In this document: positions 49,786 to 63,975 of the stretch, piece by piece
Position numbering within the stretch: position 1 is the first letter of the stretch
Layout of the letters: every line of letters begins with the position of its first letter
NCBI GenBank assembly: GCA_030704615.1
Contig: CM060734.1
Span: forward strand, 12,772,001-12,836,000
Direction: 5' to 3'
Length of the DNA stretch: 64,000 nucleotides
DNA from: Takakia lepidozioides
Lineage: Eukaryota; Plantae; Bryophyta
The notes under the pieces: model-generated
What the model was told of the DNA's origin: nothing
The model's database searches: none
The model's input: the letters and a program-made list of their open reading frames with translations, nothing else
Translations under genes and position numbers: made by a program

Positions 49786-52700
49786 TCAGAGATGGTGGCA
49801 GGTCCTTGCAAGTTTTGAGTGTGTTGCTCTCTTTTTGCGCAGAAATGTGAGGGATCGGAGATTCAGAGACGGTACATGGTGATACGCTTGCAGATATTCG
49901 ATATCCCCAAGAGCAGCCTGCAGGTCTTTGCGGGTGGTAGCAAGGTTGTATTGCAATTCATCCACCTGCAATCAAACACTTGAGATCTCCCAACACAAAT
50001 AATGAATACACTTGCAAGAAGCCTGAAGAGAGAGAACGTGGTAGGGTGTTGGATTTTATTGGGAAACTATTCTCCACTCTACAGAGATTCTACAACAGGT
50101 GGATGATACAGCTAGATCAAGAGGCATATCGATGCATATGGAAGGAAGGTATGAACATTGTGAGAACTTTGTGCAATCACCTTCTGCCGGTAGCGCTGGA
50201 TTTCCGTTTCATTAGAAGCGCAGGTAGCTGAGAGATTTGACATTTCCTTCTGAAGAGTGTACGCCTTCGTCTCCTGTATATTAATAGCATATAGGTCTTA
50301 GATAACTGGAGCTAAGACAACATGTCAAGATGTACCTCAAGAGAAAGATGTGCACAGGATTGCATGCAGACAAGGCGAAGGTGGTTATCGGATAGTGGGG
50401 ATTTATTATAGGTTGTTGAAGGAGGTACATGTATCGTGGTAAGAGTCCAGAAATGAATGCATATCAAATTTTGGTCACTTGCTGTGCAGGATAATTAGTG
50501 GGCCACGTACCAAAGCTGAAATGGTTGAGTTGTGTGTCAACTTCGCATCCCTGCATTTTGCATTCGAGATGACACTATTCAGAAGCTGGAGAAGAACCTC
50601 AATAATGCCTACTTAAGTTCGAAGTTACAGGCCGGCAATCGCCAGCAGGCACGGAGACAGGACAGCGAAATAATTAGACCACTGAATTGTCAGAGTGAAG
50701 GCAGAAGCTAAGCTGGTTGGCAGGATAAGTCCTATCCGCAGAGTCCATGTAAAAGTACAACTCAGAATGGAACCAACAATTTATCATGTATGTGTTCCTT
50801 GCAACTGGATGTAGACATATAGTGCTCAGATCTTGGGTGGAGATTTTTTACAGGGCCTCCTGGGTGACGGCAGCAAGAGTTGTTGAGAGATTTGTCTTCT
50901 CCCTATATGCGGTCTGGAGGTTTTCTGTCTCTTGCATTCACAAGCATCAGTCAAGTAATTCGAAGCTCCCGGAATCCCAATTCCTAGACCTGATTTCATA
51001 TCCTTGAGCTGATTTCGAACCCATTCACTATCCATGCAGCAGAAAGTAATGTTCAGGAGGTGCATAACATTGGGGCTCTGAGTAGTCAAATGAGCTGCAC
51101 TTTAGGCAACTATCCATGTCCCTATCAAGGAAAGCCACTACTAGTAGATATCCAGACAATTTATCGGACTGAGCTTGGTGAATAAGATCAAAAGTACACT
51201 GCATCATGTACGTGAAGACTCTGAAAGTGGACTTCCTGTCTTTTATCGTATATCTGCACAGGCTTATCTACATGTAAGTAAGAAAGCCAAGTGCGGCCCC
51301 GCTGACCCCAGTGCCGGATCCAAATTGGCAATCTGGTCAAAAGAGAAGCCATTTAAGACACGATGTAACCAACATTCTTTCTCTCGGGGATATCAAGAAG
51401 GTTGTGAGACAATTTTTTTGGGTGAATGGTGAAGAAAAGACCATAATGGAGTTTTCGGAGTTCGCAAACTTCAGAGCACCTTGCAAGTCCGCTTTAGCCG
51501 CCCTCTCCTGCAGGCAGCAGCCACCCGAACACGTCTCTTTTTTTTACCTATCAAGGTTGGATCTGAGATCAGCCTTTCTTCTATGAATCTTTTCAAGAAG
51601 CGTTGAACATTGTCCTTTCATTCTGGTATCCCCATTTGGTGTATCATAGCATATATATATGTATATCTCCTGCATTCCCCTTTTCCAAAGGGAAGGGAGT
51701 AGCCCCAGGTGTGATACCATAAGTTACACTTACTTGGGCAAGAGTCTTCCTCTCTTGCATGAATTTGGATTCTAGGGAAATATTGGACTTGCATTCCTCC
51801 AACTTTATGGCAATTTTTGAAGAAGGAATTGGTCCTCATAAGTTTTTCCGAGTGTCATCTTTAGGATAGTCCTGTTTTACACGTGGAGTGGTCTATAAGT
51901 ACTCTCTACACTCACATTATTTACAGCTGTTTGAGTAGCTTCTAGTAAGGCCTCCGTTTCTCGAAGCTTCTCTTTCTCCTGAAGAATCCGTATCTTCTCC
52001 TGAGCAGCTGTTGAGATTTGCTTTTCAAAATTTATTTCCTGCATCAATGTTGATGAATAGTGAGAGATGGTGTCCCGTGTTAAAAATCTTCTCTCACTAA
52101 TACATGAATGGCTCGTTTGCTGGAGATTGTGACTCATCCTTGAAATCTCCAGTGATAAAGCCTTAGATTTTTCAGACGATTTACTTCCAGGCAACGGGTA
52201 AAGAGCATTTGCAGTGTTCAAAAGCCTGATAAGTGAGGAGTGGAATTTATCTAGACACCTGGTGATGGTAAGAGATTGCACCTTATCATGCCAATCAATG
52301 GAGGCATGATTTTGACAGCACTCCTCAATGGTATTCATGTGGTCCATCTGCCCAAATAAGAGAACTAAATACTTGAGAAATATCTTTAATCTAGCTCTGT
52401 CTCTCACCTAGTAACTTCTGAACTCATTCCTTTTTAATGGAACCTTACCTAGCCACAACACTCAAAATGGAGACCTCCCTCTCTCTATCTTTCTTTCCCC
52501 GGCCGTTGTGAAGTATCATTTCATTGCATTTCTTGTTTCTCTCTCAGATGTAAGACTACTTAGGCGACTTCATTACAGGTTTTTTCTATGAGCTTCCCAC
52601 GGACGTTATAAAGCACCATTCCATTTCATTTCTCTTTGATCATCTCAAAGACAAATTGTCTCATTTGAACATGTATGAGAATATATCATTTTTGATGTCT

Positions 52701-55700
52701 TGAATGGAATGCCAAAAGCTCTGGGATAACAGAAAGGGCACAATTACAAAACTGCCGAAACTTGTTTTTCACTTAGTTAGACGTATGCATGATTGAACAC
52801 TACATGCTATTTATTGTAGGGGGTTTCTGCAAACGACCATCAATGTTCCAAATCCACTTCATACAATTCAGCTGGGGATTCAGAAGAAAATTAAGCAAGC
52901 ATACCTTCAATCTCTTGGTCTCTGCACTGTGAAGAATTTTCATCTCCTACATTCACGAGACATTGCCTTGATCATGATTTTGACTTCCGTCGATATGGTA
53001 CTCACAGTTAGCCATGAAACCGAGTTGATTTGTATTCGAAAGAATAGGAAATCATGTTCTCTCTATTTCACACTGTCCTTTTTTAAACCTTTTAGTTTAC
53101 TTTGTTATGTGGACTAGGAATGCAGCAAGTGGAAAGACGGCTTAGTCCAAGGAACGTCACAAGCAATGGTAAACACATCAACATACCTCAACAGATTTTG
53201 AATAAGATTCCCTCTCCTTCTTGCAAAGATCCTGCAGTTCCATCTCCCTAGCAAAGTGCTGCTGGGTTGCTGCCGTCACTTCCTTTTGAACCTTTTCAAG
53301 GACTTCGCTGACCTCTCGCTTTCTGAGCATCTTCTCTCTCTCAATCTGCCAAGTAAGGTGCTGGTTATGAATTTATATCTGTCAACAACAACAAATGTGT
53401 TCCTTTTCACTCGGAGAATAAATGTCGAGGTTACAACGCCAACAACGATGGGCAACTTATCCAATGGCATCCGCTGACAGGATAACGCCTGCTAGGAGCT
53501 AGGAGTCCAACAGCACATAGGGGCCGAATTTGAATTTAAGCATTTGATACTTCATGAGGCAGGGTAGTTAGAAGACCTCTTTATGACGGAATTTTATCAA
53601 TTCAAGTTCCTGTCGTCGAAGTGCATCAAGCCCAGGCAACCCAAACAAAAATATCAGTTGCAGAGCATCTCAACTTGACAAGTTTGCTACGCGTTCATGA
53701 GGTGCAAGGAACGACAACTGAGCAACATGGAGAGACACTACAATGTGCTGTCAAGGCTGATCATGTGAACTTCATTTAATAAGCTCATAACACTTCTAAA
53801 GGTGCCAGTTCTTATGGAAAGGAATCTCTGCCAAAGACAGACTGCCAAAGACCAGAGTGTGAAGAAAGGAAGAACTTTATAACTTCCAAAGAGGCCACAA
53901 GGGCGGCTAAACAAACCATGAACTACGTCAGAAAAAGACTGCAATAGGGCGAGCGGGTTTGTCAACCACCTGTGTTTTTCCAGTCAGTTCACCCTTTAGT
54001 CTCTCCACGTCCCTAGAGACCCACACATGACCAGAGTAGACCTACAGAACGTCAAAGCCGCTCAACACAGCTGTGTCATTGTGCCGCGCCCATGCCCAGG
54101 GCTGCATCCATCCCATTATCACGGGGGCTGTGGCTAGAGTTAAATGTTCATGTACGGGACGATTGATCCACTAGGAGGCACACGTACTTGTAATGGAAAG
54201 TAAGGATAACGTCCATTGGAGCTGAAATAGCTTATGGAGAGCTTTTGGAACAAAAGAAAAGAAAAGAAACAGAAGAGGGAGCCTGACGAAAGAGATAACA
54301 GATAACTGAGAAGAACATGCGCAAAGGCTCCACAAAACCTGAACTACACAGAACCTCCAGTACAAAACCTCTAATCAACAGCAATTATTGTAACAGTCTA
54401 TATGCCTATCGCATGCGTCTTTAGTTGGGTTCAATCAAGACGAAAAGTGACCTCGCAATTGCCTCCAATTGCTTTGTTGCATACTCCTGATAAACTTCGT
54501 GGGAGTCTCGAAGGGAATCCTCACGTTGTTTCGCTTTCTGCAGCCGATGTTCAATGTACACAGCAAAGTTGATAGCTAAACTAGGATACTGAGACATCAA
54601 TCTATGGTTGGTGTAGAAGATGCACTGTCCTTATGGAAATTTTACAAAGCAGAAAGACAGACATTCGTGATTGGAATAGATTTCTATCTAGAAGACTTAT
54701 AAATCCAAATTATGTATGTGAAATGTACAAGCGGTGATGATTAAAGAGGCAATGGAATGTGACTTCCTACCAATTCAACAGAAGTGAGCTCCTTCTGAAA
54801 TGCTTGCCTCTCCTCTTCATGCTGACTCGCCATGGCCTTTATCATAAGGAATCCAACAACATCATTTGAACAAGTCTTGGTTAGTTCAATCACATTGGAT
54901 GTTTGTATGCAATTAGGAACACAGTCCATGGCTCTCCTCCAGCTTACCCTAGTTTGGAGATCCATTACTTGAATGGGGATCTCAATGTGGGTCGTATTGC
55001 CCTAATCAGAACTTTTAAACCTCCAATGGTGTTGCAATTGTAAGCGGGACATGGTCCTGTGGGACCTTCGTAAGAACCATTCACTTACCTGTTTCGTTAT
55101 TTTTCTCTCTGAAGTCCAGCCATGAAATTGTAGAACATCAAGAATTTAAAGCATCACCTCAAGGGCCTCACAAATGTGGCCTTCTTGGATATCAATTGCA
55201 TGGCATCCTTGAAAGGTTTAACGCGACTGGCTGTTTCCTTCAATATATCTTGGATTTCACTCTCGTGCTCCCTGGGGCTCTGCAGAAGATTTGGGCCCGA
55301 AAGATCACCCAGGTCAGAAAATGAATGCATACACTTCAAGAGACGCTTCTCTAGAGCTGTTTCTGACCTAACATAGGATAATTTTCAGGGAAACGCTGGG
55401 AGGTCTAGGGAAATGAAGCATAATGACACACACTGTATCTCTATGTCACTGCTTTCCAAATAATGCAGAATTCATCCCAAATTTCAGAAGTCACTAGTGT
55501 CTGCAAGTATATCCAGGCTGATTGCTGGGTTAGGCACAACAGGAGAAACAATGTATGGCTGCAATTGAATCCAAAGGTCCTTGCTTGCTACTTCCTCTGC
55601 AGTTTTTCGGGGGACAGGTAAGAACCTCCTTCAAGCCCTCCGATCTGTCCGCTTGCTGCTCAGAAGCAACGTGTGCGAAATGGTGAAGGAGGCGGTTGAG

Positions 55701-56100
55701 CTGCGACAGCTGGTTTCCCATTCGCTCTTCCAAACACTCCCATCCCTGCCATGCTTCTTGGCTCGTCATGCTCAAGATTGCGTACGTCGGAGATTGGATT
55801 TCTGAGACCAATTCACATGCGGAACGTCCTCTTAATAAGTAAGATGCAAAACAGTACCAGGTGATTTCAAATGATGAACATTATGTTAACAGGTGCCTCC
55901 AACTGCTGATGGTAGCTCATTCCCCCCTTGCGATTCCATCGTACGTGACTGGACTAGTGCGGATGATGTAGCCATATGTTAGTCCAAGCGCTATATTGTG
56001 ATCTGGTTTCATGATCAAGAGCCCGGGGCCCATGAGAGGATTAAAAACATGGAGAAGTCCTCGTGATTGATGCAGCTTGGTTATTGATTGTTCCGGCATG
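49786..56100 (-). CDS. Multi-exon coiled-coil protein gene of unknown function (possibly partly decayed)
   Basis: Series of AG/GT-bounded E/K/Q-rich exons: ~49786-49965, 50181-50273, ~51916-52407, ~53186-53347, ~54452-54537, ~54770-54836, ~55157-55367, ~55626-55802; exon structure and start approximate. Confidence 0.55.
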
Positions 56101-56303
56101 GGGTGAACGGTATTGAGTTTCTCGGCTGGATCACAAGGGTTATTAGGCGATCTACTTCCCTAGGCACGGCTATCAAATCTCAAGCAATTGCAGCACAAAC
56201 CGTTTTTGGCACACTTGCTCAAGTGCTTATGCTTCTCTTGATCTAAATGACACTAGAGCACAGTGAAGCCATCAAGAGCACGACCCACGAAAGCGAGCCT
56301 CGC

Positions 56304-56306
<3 letters not shown>

Positions 56307-56334
<28 letters not shown>
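56307..56334. repeat. (GA)n microsatellite, probably in the 5' UTR of the minus-strand gene
   Basis: About 14 GA units. Confidence 0.9.
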
Positions 56335-56338
<4 letters not shown>

Positions 56339-57419
56339 ATGCAGAGCAAAAGCAGAAGTCTGAGATTTAAATGCAGAAACGAGTGCCCAGCAGGTGGGAA
56401 GTTAACGGCCAACCGCTTGTCGTCTCGCTGGGACACCCACCGGCTGAATTCCCGGTAAAAACTGCAGCCCTGCTTTTAGGTCGGAGGGCTGGCCGCTGAA
56501 CTCAAACGAAGTTACCCTGCTTCACTAACTTAAACCCTGGATGAATTAGCATGAAAATTGAAAAAGGATGACCTCTGCCCAAGGAAGCCTAAATTATTAG
56601 TATAGGGGAAGTCACTGGCCCCAGGTACTTCCGCCTTTTCTGGTTTGCAAACAAGGGCATAGCCCGAGTGAGCAGACCGAGAAAGGCGGAAGTACAGAGG
56701 GACAGTGACTTGTGATTCCAATTTTTTTCTTTTCAGCTTATTTCTTTTATTGGCTCCTCCCTATAAAGGAGAGACCACGCATTGGTGCCAAAAATGAGTA
56801 AGATCCTGATATACCTCCACTAGATAATACCTACATGAAGCACATAATCCTCCCCCACTTAAATGTTTGCTTGAATGTGCCGTGATTGCGACCCATAAAT
56901 GAATCTTACACATGTAAATACTCATATGCTTATATAGGCTTATATATATACATGTTTAGGGCGCGCCGTCAGCCCACCCAATGGCCCTTATTTTTGGGAC
57001 GGGTGGGTGGCGCCACGCAGCAGGGGAAAGAGACGGGTGGCTGGGTGGTTGATTTTATGTATTGGGCCTACGTAAGGGATGTCCCCACAGCCCATTTTTC
57101 TAGCATGCAGCCTTTGCTCTCTCACAACCTGGGTATTGGGGTACGTGCTCTAAGCTTCATCACGGTCAGCAACAATTGATCCATCACAATGACGTAGAGT
57201 TAGAATGAGAGAGGGGCATGGAGGGAGTGAGGATGCCAAGGGAAAGGGCGGGTGTAGGCAGCTCGTAATGGAGCGGCGGTTTCAGGCGCACCTTAAGCAA
57301 GGCGGCTATGAAGCATGGGCATTACTGGACTGAAGCCTGCGCATTGAAGTTGAGCTCTATGGCGGGAAGATGAGGAGCTGCAATGGGAGATGGCGCGGCG
57401 GCCAAAGAGGGATATTTCT

Positions 57420-59920
57420 TAATATATATATTTTTTTCTTTTTCTTTTTTTTTATAAATAAAAAATAAATTGACCGCACAATTAACGGCCGGTTCTTTTA
57501 TTAATTTAAAACACTCATGCAATACTAAGAAAATAGCCTGAGCGTAGCGCGTCGATCGATTTGACGATGATCCTTTTAAAAATAAAATGAAAATTAAAAT
57601 AAGATAAATATTTCAAAAACTTATGCAATGTGAGAATACAGGACGTGCGCGTCCTAGTCGGAGGTTGATTTTTTTTTTTAATATAATTTTTTTATAAAAA
57701 TAAAATAAAGTGACAGCACAATTGACGGCCGATTCTTTTTTCTCACGATGGACAGGTAGTTCTTGGACAGCTTTGTCTCCAAACATTGAGTGGATGCTAA
57801 CCAAGGTGAGATTGAAGATTGGATGCAGTCCGACACACCAACAAGTATTTGATGCCATTGTGTTTGTAAATGACCATGGATTTGTGTACAAAGAACTCAA
57901 AGTAGAAAATAAATCGTGGTATATTCGTGGAGTTGATGGATTGCTTGCTAATCGTTTCATCAGACACGTATTAGGTTTCATGTCAAAGCTGGTTGTATTG
58001 ATTGTTCCTCCAGAAACAATTTGATGATTTGATTTGATGATTTGAGATTGCGAGGGTTGCAAACGTCATTTGCAGCCAGAAGAACACCGACAATTTGTAG
58101 GGCAATGTCCGAGCAGCGAAGATGCAGAATGTGAAGCATTGTGAGCGATGACGAGTTTTCAATGCTTGCATTAGAACCCGCAATCATTTTATTACTGTTT
58201 AAACGAATTCCAAAATTTGAAGTATACTCGGCCCGATTGCCGTTGTTATCTAGATGCTCGTGCTCTGGAGACTGCCCTAAAATAGATTACAACTTCAGAG
58301 ATCGCATCCCTACCAGACGGGCAACGTCCATCACAACCTCTACAAGACCTCCAATTATGGAAACCCCAAAAGTGAGCACTCTGGAAGAAATTAAAGCGAA
58401 AGTGCACCAGTCGAGAACTTATACCACCAAAACAGTTTTTAGTTTAACTCCTCAACCAATGCTAAGGAAGAAGGATGAAGAAGAAGAAGTTATATATTCT
58501 CAATTTCTTTGTTCTCTACCCTTCCACATTTCTTACATGTATGCAACGGGCAGCACAACGTGTCTACACCTCGATTAATGCGCTCTGCTAGTGCTGTTCG
58601 TTTAGATGCTGGAGTCAGCTTCTTGGCCAAGCATTTAGATGATAGAAGCGCCTACAGAAAGCAACACTGGTGGATGATTTGAAGGGTTTCCTGCCTTCGA
58701 TGTGGGCAGCCATCGTTCAAAGCTTATCTGTACACACAGTTGCATTTCACTTCTCAGTGCTACGACAACTCTACCCAGTTGGCATGAAGGTGCTATCTCT
58801 ATTTTCGGGCATTGGGGGATACTAGAGATAGCCCTCCACATATTAGTGCTTGACGAGGCCAAAGAGGATACAGATTAGATATAGGGAATCTGTCCGTACG
58901 TGACGTGGCGTGGACACGTCGGACGTTACATCGAGACGTGCGTCACGTCTGGATGTCACGTGTTGTTGGTGGAGGATTTGAACGTCCAGACGTGACGTCC
59001 AAATGTAATGACCGCAATTATTGGCTGTCATGACGTAGCCTCCCTGGGACGGAGATATTTATTCAACTTTGTTATGAAGTACAATGGGTTCAATTTCATT
59101 GTTGGGGGCAATCCTTGTAATAATCTGTTCGGAAACAACCAACAATAGCCCATCGAGCCGACACCTATTGTCCAAAGATGATGAGGAGTGGGCACAATTG
59201 GACAATGCACACCCCCGAGGGAGCCATACAGACAGGCCAGACGAGGACTATGTCATGGAAGTCCTGATCCATTCAATTAACATTGTACCATTCTACCAAG
59301 TTGTCATTCCGGACGTGACGTGGCGTGACGTGAGATCGCTCTCTTTCTTTTTATAAAAAGAAAATAAAGTGACCGCCCATTGACGGTCGCTATTTTTTTT
59401 TAATAATACAAAGTATTTTTAATGTCATATTGCTCGTTTTTAAAAATATATATATAAAGTGATCGCCATATCTGCAGTCGCGTCATATTGTTTTAAAAAA
59501 AATAAAGCGACCACCCATTGACAGTCGCCAATTTTTTTGAATTTCAAAAATATTAAGCAACCGGCAGCTTGTATTTTTAATGTCATATTGCTCGTTTTTT
59601 ATTTTTTTAAATATGAAATGACCGCCATATTTGCGGTCGCGCGTCATATTTTTTTTAAAAGAAAATAAGCGACTGCCCATTGGTGGTCGCTGCTTTCTGT
59701 TATTCAAAAAAATGAAGGGGGTGCCAATTGGCAGTCGATTTTATTTTTTTTTTGGAAAAAAACGCGACCGCCACATTGGCGGTCACTTGTTTTTTATTTT
59801 TAAAAATATAAAACGACCGCCATATTTGCGGCGTCGTCATATTATTAATAATAAAAAATAAAGCGACGCCACCTGGTGGTCGATGCTTTTTGTTAGTTTA
59901 AGAAATGAAGCGACCGCCAC
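57420..59920. mobile_element. Element of the AT-rich GACCGC-repeat family enclosing gene fragments
   Basis: 57420-57740 matches the 10.0-10.9 kb array; 59350-59920 has aaataaag(t/c)gaccgcc repeats; GACGTGACGT motifs inside, as at ~9030. Confidence 0.5.
58718..59148 (+). pseudogene. DRM: DRM-type cytosine-5 DNA methyltransferase fragment (motifs X-I and IV)
   Basis: QSLSVHTVAFHFSVLRQLYPVGMKVLSLFSGIGG/LEIALHIL (58718-58846) and DVASL...YNGFNFIVGGNPCNNLFGNN (59032-59148), in the rearranged DRM motif order. Confidence 0.85.
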
Positions 59921-60209
59921 TTGATTTTGTACCTAGGCTCTTGGAATATATAATACGAGAACAATCATAGTGTAGACTTTGTCGTTGAGCACATACTATA
60001 CAGTCATCTTATATTCCAGAAAGAACCAAGTAATTTTTTTTAATGAATTTATTAAGTATAACGGATCAAATCATTGTCCGAGGAAAGCCCACTTTGGTAT
60101 TTTTCACAAATTTTGTGTTTTTTCAAATTTCCAGCGGTGTGAAGAGTTGAAAAAAACCCTTGAAAACAAACAACCTTGCTTCATATATTAAAAAAACCAA
60201 TTATTTCCA

Positions 60210-60781
60210 GAGCATCGCATGCAAGGACTTGGCCAAACTGACAATCCTTGGGTCGCACTGCGACGCCCGAGGCGTCGTTTTCAAAGCGACGGAAGCAGCG
60301 ACGCTTTTGCCCCCAAGACTGATGCTGCGACGCCTGATATGGACTTAGCCAAAATGGTAGTCGCAGGGATCGCACTGCGACGCTCGAGGCGTCGTTCCCA
60401 TTGCGACGCCGCTAGTGTCGCTGTATAACAACAACGTTTTTTCCCCAAGACTGACCGTGCGACGCCCCAGGCGTCGCAGATATGGACTTCGCCAAAATGA
60501 CAGTCTCGGGGTTGCGAGCATCGCAAAATGTGCGACGGCAGAGGTGTCACTATATAACTGCGACGTTTTTGCCCTCCAAGACTAAACCTGCTACGCTCAG
60601 GGCATCGCAGTTAGGGACTTGGCCAAATTGGCTGTCCCTCTGCCGCCATGCGACGCGTCAGGCGTCGCAAGAATCCGCTGCGACGCTCCCGACGTCGCAA
60701 AAACCGTCGCGGCGGTGGCGTCGCACGAGAAATGGGGTGCGGGGGATTGGGCGTCGCTAACCCCCCCTTTTTGCAGTAGTG
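60210..60781. mobile_element. CACTA (En/Spm) element terminus with subterminal repeats
   Basis: Ends ...TTTTTGCAGTAGTG (CACTACTGCAAAAA on the minus strand); many direct and inverted TGCGACGC repeats; other end not seen. Confidence 0.85.
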
Positions 60782-61021
60782 CTAGGAGATTGGGATCTTC
60801 AAACCTGGACCTTGGTTAGCCATGGGCTACAGGTTCAGCAAGCAAGCATCACTTGCCTCTTTCTCACCATATTTCCTTCTCTTTGGCCGAGAGCCGGATT
60901 TGCCTGCAGCCATTCGTAGGGACATTGCTCAAGTTCTTAACCTTGACGATCCGGACGTGTGGGTACGTGCAGAATTGTTCAAGAAAATCATGCCTATGGC
61001 TTTTGAAAACCTTGTCATTGC
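60782..61021 (+). pseudogene. Gypsy integrase C-terminal fragment (different family)
   Basis: DWDL...MGYRFSKQASLASFSPYFLLFGREP. Confidence 0.75.
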
Positions 61022-63099
61022 ATCAGGTTGAAGTAGAAGTCTCCGTTCCATCTGCAATAAATACAATGCCTGGGCTGCCTGTCGAATTGGAAGTTGGTTC
61101 TTATCTTCCTGCAGCTGTCAGTCTGTGGGATCCTATGGGTGAGTCGACCTGTCTGGCGAATTACTAAAGCTTCTTGGGTTGGCCACATGATGATGTCCTT
61201 TAATCCCTATTATTCTGTTACTAATATGTAAGCCACTGCAAAAGGAATAGGATGCAGATCCTGAGCGTTGGGAAGACTTTTCTAGATTAATCCCTTGCTT
61301 GGAAAGCTCATCAAGGAACATAGGGAAGGAAGGATGAGCATTATACATTCCATTCATGGTGGAGTATTGATGGTCTTGCTCTGCAGGTCTAGAGTACGTA
61401 CTCGCAATGTGATGCTTTTTGTCCATTCATCTCTTGGAGCATTTTTGGAGCTGATGGTGTGTTCTCAGTTGTAAGCAACTCCAGCAGCTGCATGTCATTA
61501 CTTCAAACTATTTCAGAGGATCCCAAATCCCGCAGTCTGATCCCTGCACAGGAAAAGGCACTACAAGTCAATCACCCACGTGCATGTTCATGGACTTGGA
61601 TCTATGCGGTCCAACCAGGACGAGCAACTGTTACAACCTCTTTAAATTTGCCAGATTTGCTACATGACCAAGCAGTGGCAGCAGTTGAACCTCGCTATTT
61701 GGAAGTTGCTTGGACAATTGCAGCCTTTGCCCCACTTATGCTAGAGCAAGCAGGTGATGGAAATGCACACGGGGGTTATGCGCACAATGTAGCTGCTGGC
61801 ACTGCAGGGGTTTCTGGTAGCACACTTTGAACTGAAGGGGAACCACTGAGAGAGCTACTGCTGGTACTGAGAAGCACCATGACAGTGATTTTACGAGGGG
61901 GTCCCGAGCGTTGGCGGCAAGGTACTATTGAGTTTGTGGAGGCATGCCAGGTGATTCCTGGCGAGGGAGCTAGGAATGGCCCTGACGGTGTCGCAGTACT
62001 TCATTCCATGGAAGACATGGGCCGTATCTACTCCATAGTGTGCAAGGCCTAAGGCAACTATGTAGGTATGTGTCTATCTTGACTCTGTTTCTTCTATGTG
62101 GAGTCCATCTCCTGGATTGCATCTCTTCCTTCAAGATAAGAAATTTCATCTTCCTTCATATTTGTATGGTTGTTGATACAGACCGTCGTATTCCGCCGCG
62201 GCAATCTTGTGGGCGAGGACCACCCAACAAGGACTGTTGCAACTGTTTCACTGTCAGTTGTCTGTGATGTTCCCTCTGAAGTTGTTCTTCTCATCGATGA
62301 ACCTGGTTGGTACATACTGTCTTTTGCAGAAGGTTTCTTAAGCTGTAACATATGGGTTTCAACTTACCCATCTGCAACAGTACCTAACCTATTAGATCTT
62401 CTATCAATCAATGAGGAAGGGTCAAACTGGGCCCAGTAAAACTCCACTTTCTCTCAATCAATAATGGATCTGATGTTTACCAACTCTAACAATCCCAAAA
62501 GTATCATTTTGAGCATTTTTGAGGCAGACACATCCCAACACCCCTGTTTATCCTACAAAAATAAATTGCATAGCACCATCCAGTCATGAACAGTAACACC
62601 TTGAAACCAATACTACATAGAAAGGTTGCAAGGAGCTACACACATCTTTTGAACTTGTTGAAGGCTAGCACTAGCAATTGTTTGGAATGTAGCCCTTCAT
62701 TCCCCTGCTACATATATTTTAACAAGCTTGCTGATGAAGTGCAGTACATGTGAAGGTGGGTTCCCATACCGTTAACTATGGGGACTTGATAATCTGTGGC
62801 ACTGCCCCAAATCATGCCATGATTTTGTAGTTGAAGACCCATGAATTTTTTCTCTGCCACAGCTACTCGCAAATGGTAGAGAGGCAAGGCAAGGAAAAGC
62901 CTAGTAATACAAATTGATACTGGAGGGTGTAGGGGCATATTTTTGTAACGCATACCCTCATGTAGTATAGGCAAAAAGCATCTCTGTAGCAGCATTCAAT
63001 CCAATTTAGTGGACCCCTAATGCCCTCCTAGGTGCATTTGATATGAAATATACTAGGGTAGCCTGTGTCATCGGCCCATGTGTGAAGAATTGAAATCTA

Positions 63100-63975
63100 A
63101 GACCAAGTGCAATCTCCTATGTATCCAAGTGCGTCTCCTATGTTAAGGGCCATCCAATCCCAAGTGCAATCTCCTATGTATCCAAGTGGGTCTCCCATGA
63201 GGTACAAGTGCGACCTCCAATGTCATTCCAACACTTAATTTTGTAAATTAGTTGAATTTTTAGTGATCAAAATTGTTCACATTTCTGTAATTCTCAACCC
63301 GTAGGGCCAAATTTTGTGAAACCAAGTTGGTGCACCCCTACTCAGGGCTTTCCAACATTACCAAAATCGTGGCCTCTATCTAAGCCAAAGTGCAACCTCC
63401 AAGTGTCCTTCCAACTTTTAAAAAAACAAAACAAAAGTGAACAGGGGACAAAGGCCCTGGATGATGTCCTTCCAACACTTGATTTTATAATTTAGTTGAT
63501 TTTTTCAGCGACCAAATTGTTTATAATTCCACAAGTCCCTGCGCGTAGGTCCAAATTTTGTGAAACCAAGTCGATGCACCCCTACTCATCAAGGGCTTTC
63601 CAACGGTACTAAAATCGTGGCCACAAGCCCCGCGGTTTGGGAGATCTCAACAACACTACAAACAACAGTGTGAACGCCAATATTTAAAAAAAGCCCAATT
63701 TACATTTATGTCCACGTACACAACAGACAAATGAAGGGCCAATCATTGTTCCAGGAAAGCCCACTTTACTATTTTTCACGAATTTCCAGCGACCAAAAGT
63801 ACTTGAAATTCGACATCTCCCACACCGCGGGTCCAAACATTATGAGACCAAGTCGGTGCACCCCTCCTCATCGAGGGCTTTCCAATGATACCAAGCACCA
63901 GGGCTGGGCCCGCGGTTTGGGAGATCTCAACGCTACAAAAACAAACAAACAAATTACCTTGCTTCATATATTGAT
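63100..63975. repeat. Cluster of short dispersed repeats / MITE-like units
   Basis: accaagt.g.tgcacccct.ctc..gggctttccaa three times; ccgcggtttgggagatctcaac twice; internally shorter relative at ~60065-60190. Confidence 0.7.

Noticed and set aside
61030-63000. Ser/Thr-rich minus-strand ORF fragments as a gene
   Set aside because: No recognisable domain and frames broken; may be a decayed exon but cannot be supported
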